A stretch of DNA of 64,000 nt from Octopus bimaculoides (lineage: Eukaryota). Below the pieces are notes generated by a model, which saw only the letters and a program-made list of their open reading frames with translations, did no database searches and was not told where the DNA came from. How positions within the stretch are numbered: position 1 is the stretch's first letter; every line of letters begins with the position of its first letter. The stretch covers positions 19,161,260 through 19,225,259 of the forward strand of contig NC_069005.1 of assembly GCF_001194135.2 (NCBI RefSeq), read 5' to 3'. Positions 63,666 to 64,000 of this stretch are shown piece by piece. A program made the position numbers and the translations under genes.

Positions 63666-64000
63666 TATGTATATGTTTATAGACAGCCAAATAGATATTA
63701 CTGAAATTTGCTAACTTCTGTCCAGTAGAAGTTTAAATTTTTGTCTGTCACGTATGCTTCAATGGTAAATGAGTATATGCATATATACATACAGGTATGT
63801 GTATACCGACATCCACCTGTATGTATAGGTGCATATCTGGGTACAGGACATTGCAAACAAAACGTAGACGAGAAAACACACAAGCCACNNNNNNNNNNTA
63901 TATACATATCCTGTAAATAATAATATCTTATAAGCAATCACTGTGTATTGACTAAAGAAAATAATCTAATATTGGGGTATATAAGCCCTCAACAGAAAAA

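Overview
AT-rich, repeat-saturated eukaryotic DNA with ten N gaps. The three dominant short retroposon families match those I recognise from octopus genomes, so it is probably an octopod cephalopod (inference, not a database result). Most of the window appears to be intronic sequence of one large + strand gene. Two exons are well supported (16804-17019, phase 0/0; 56979-57384, phase 0/1) and join in frame across about 40 kb. I cannot identify the protein. The rest is dozens of tRNA-derived SINEs in both orientations, RTE and CR1 LINE fragments, two decayed mariner elements, several MITE families and microsatellites. Almost all ORFs in the track are gap, microsatellite or transposon artefacts. 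No CRISPR array, intact tRNA/rRNA gene or intact transposase is present, and no clear novel multi-gene system is visible. The most interesting signals are: (i) four short near-perfect foldback hairpins, one demonstrably made by template switching inside a SINE copy, with one strong pre-miRNA candidate; (ii) stop-containing micro/poison exon and recursive-splice-like motifs in the long intron; (iii) a 626-bp palindromic TIR element carrying telomere-like repeats; (iv) a 5S rRNA-derived segment; (v) a multi-hairpin Helentron-like end and a decayed hammerhead-like motif. Repeat boundaries are approximate (about +/-20 nt).
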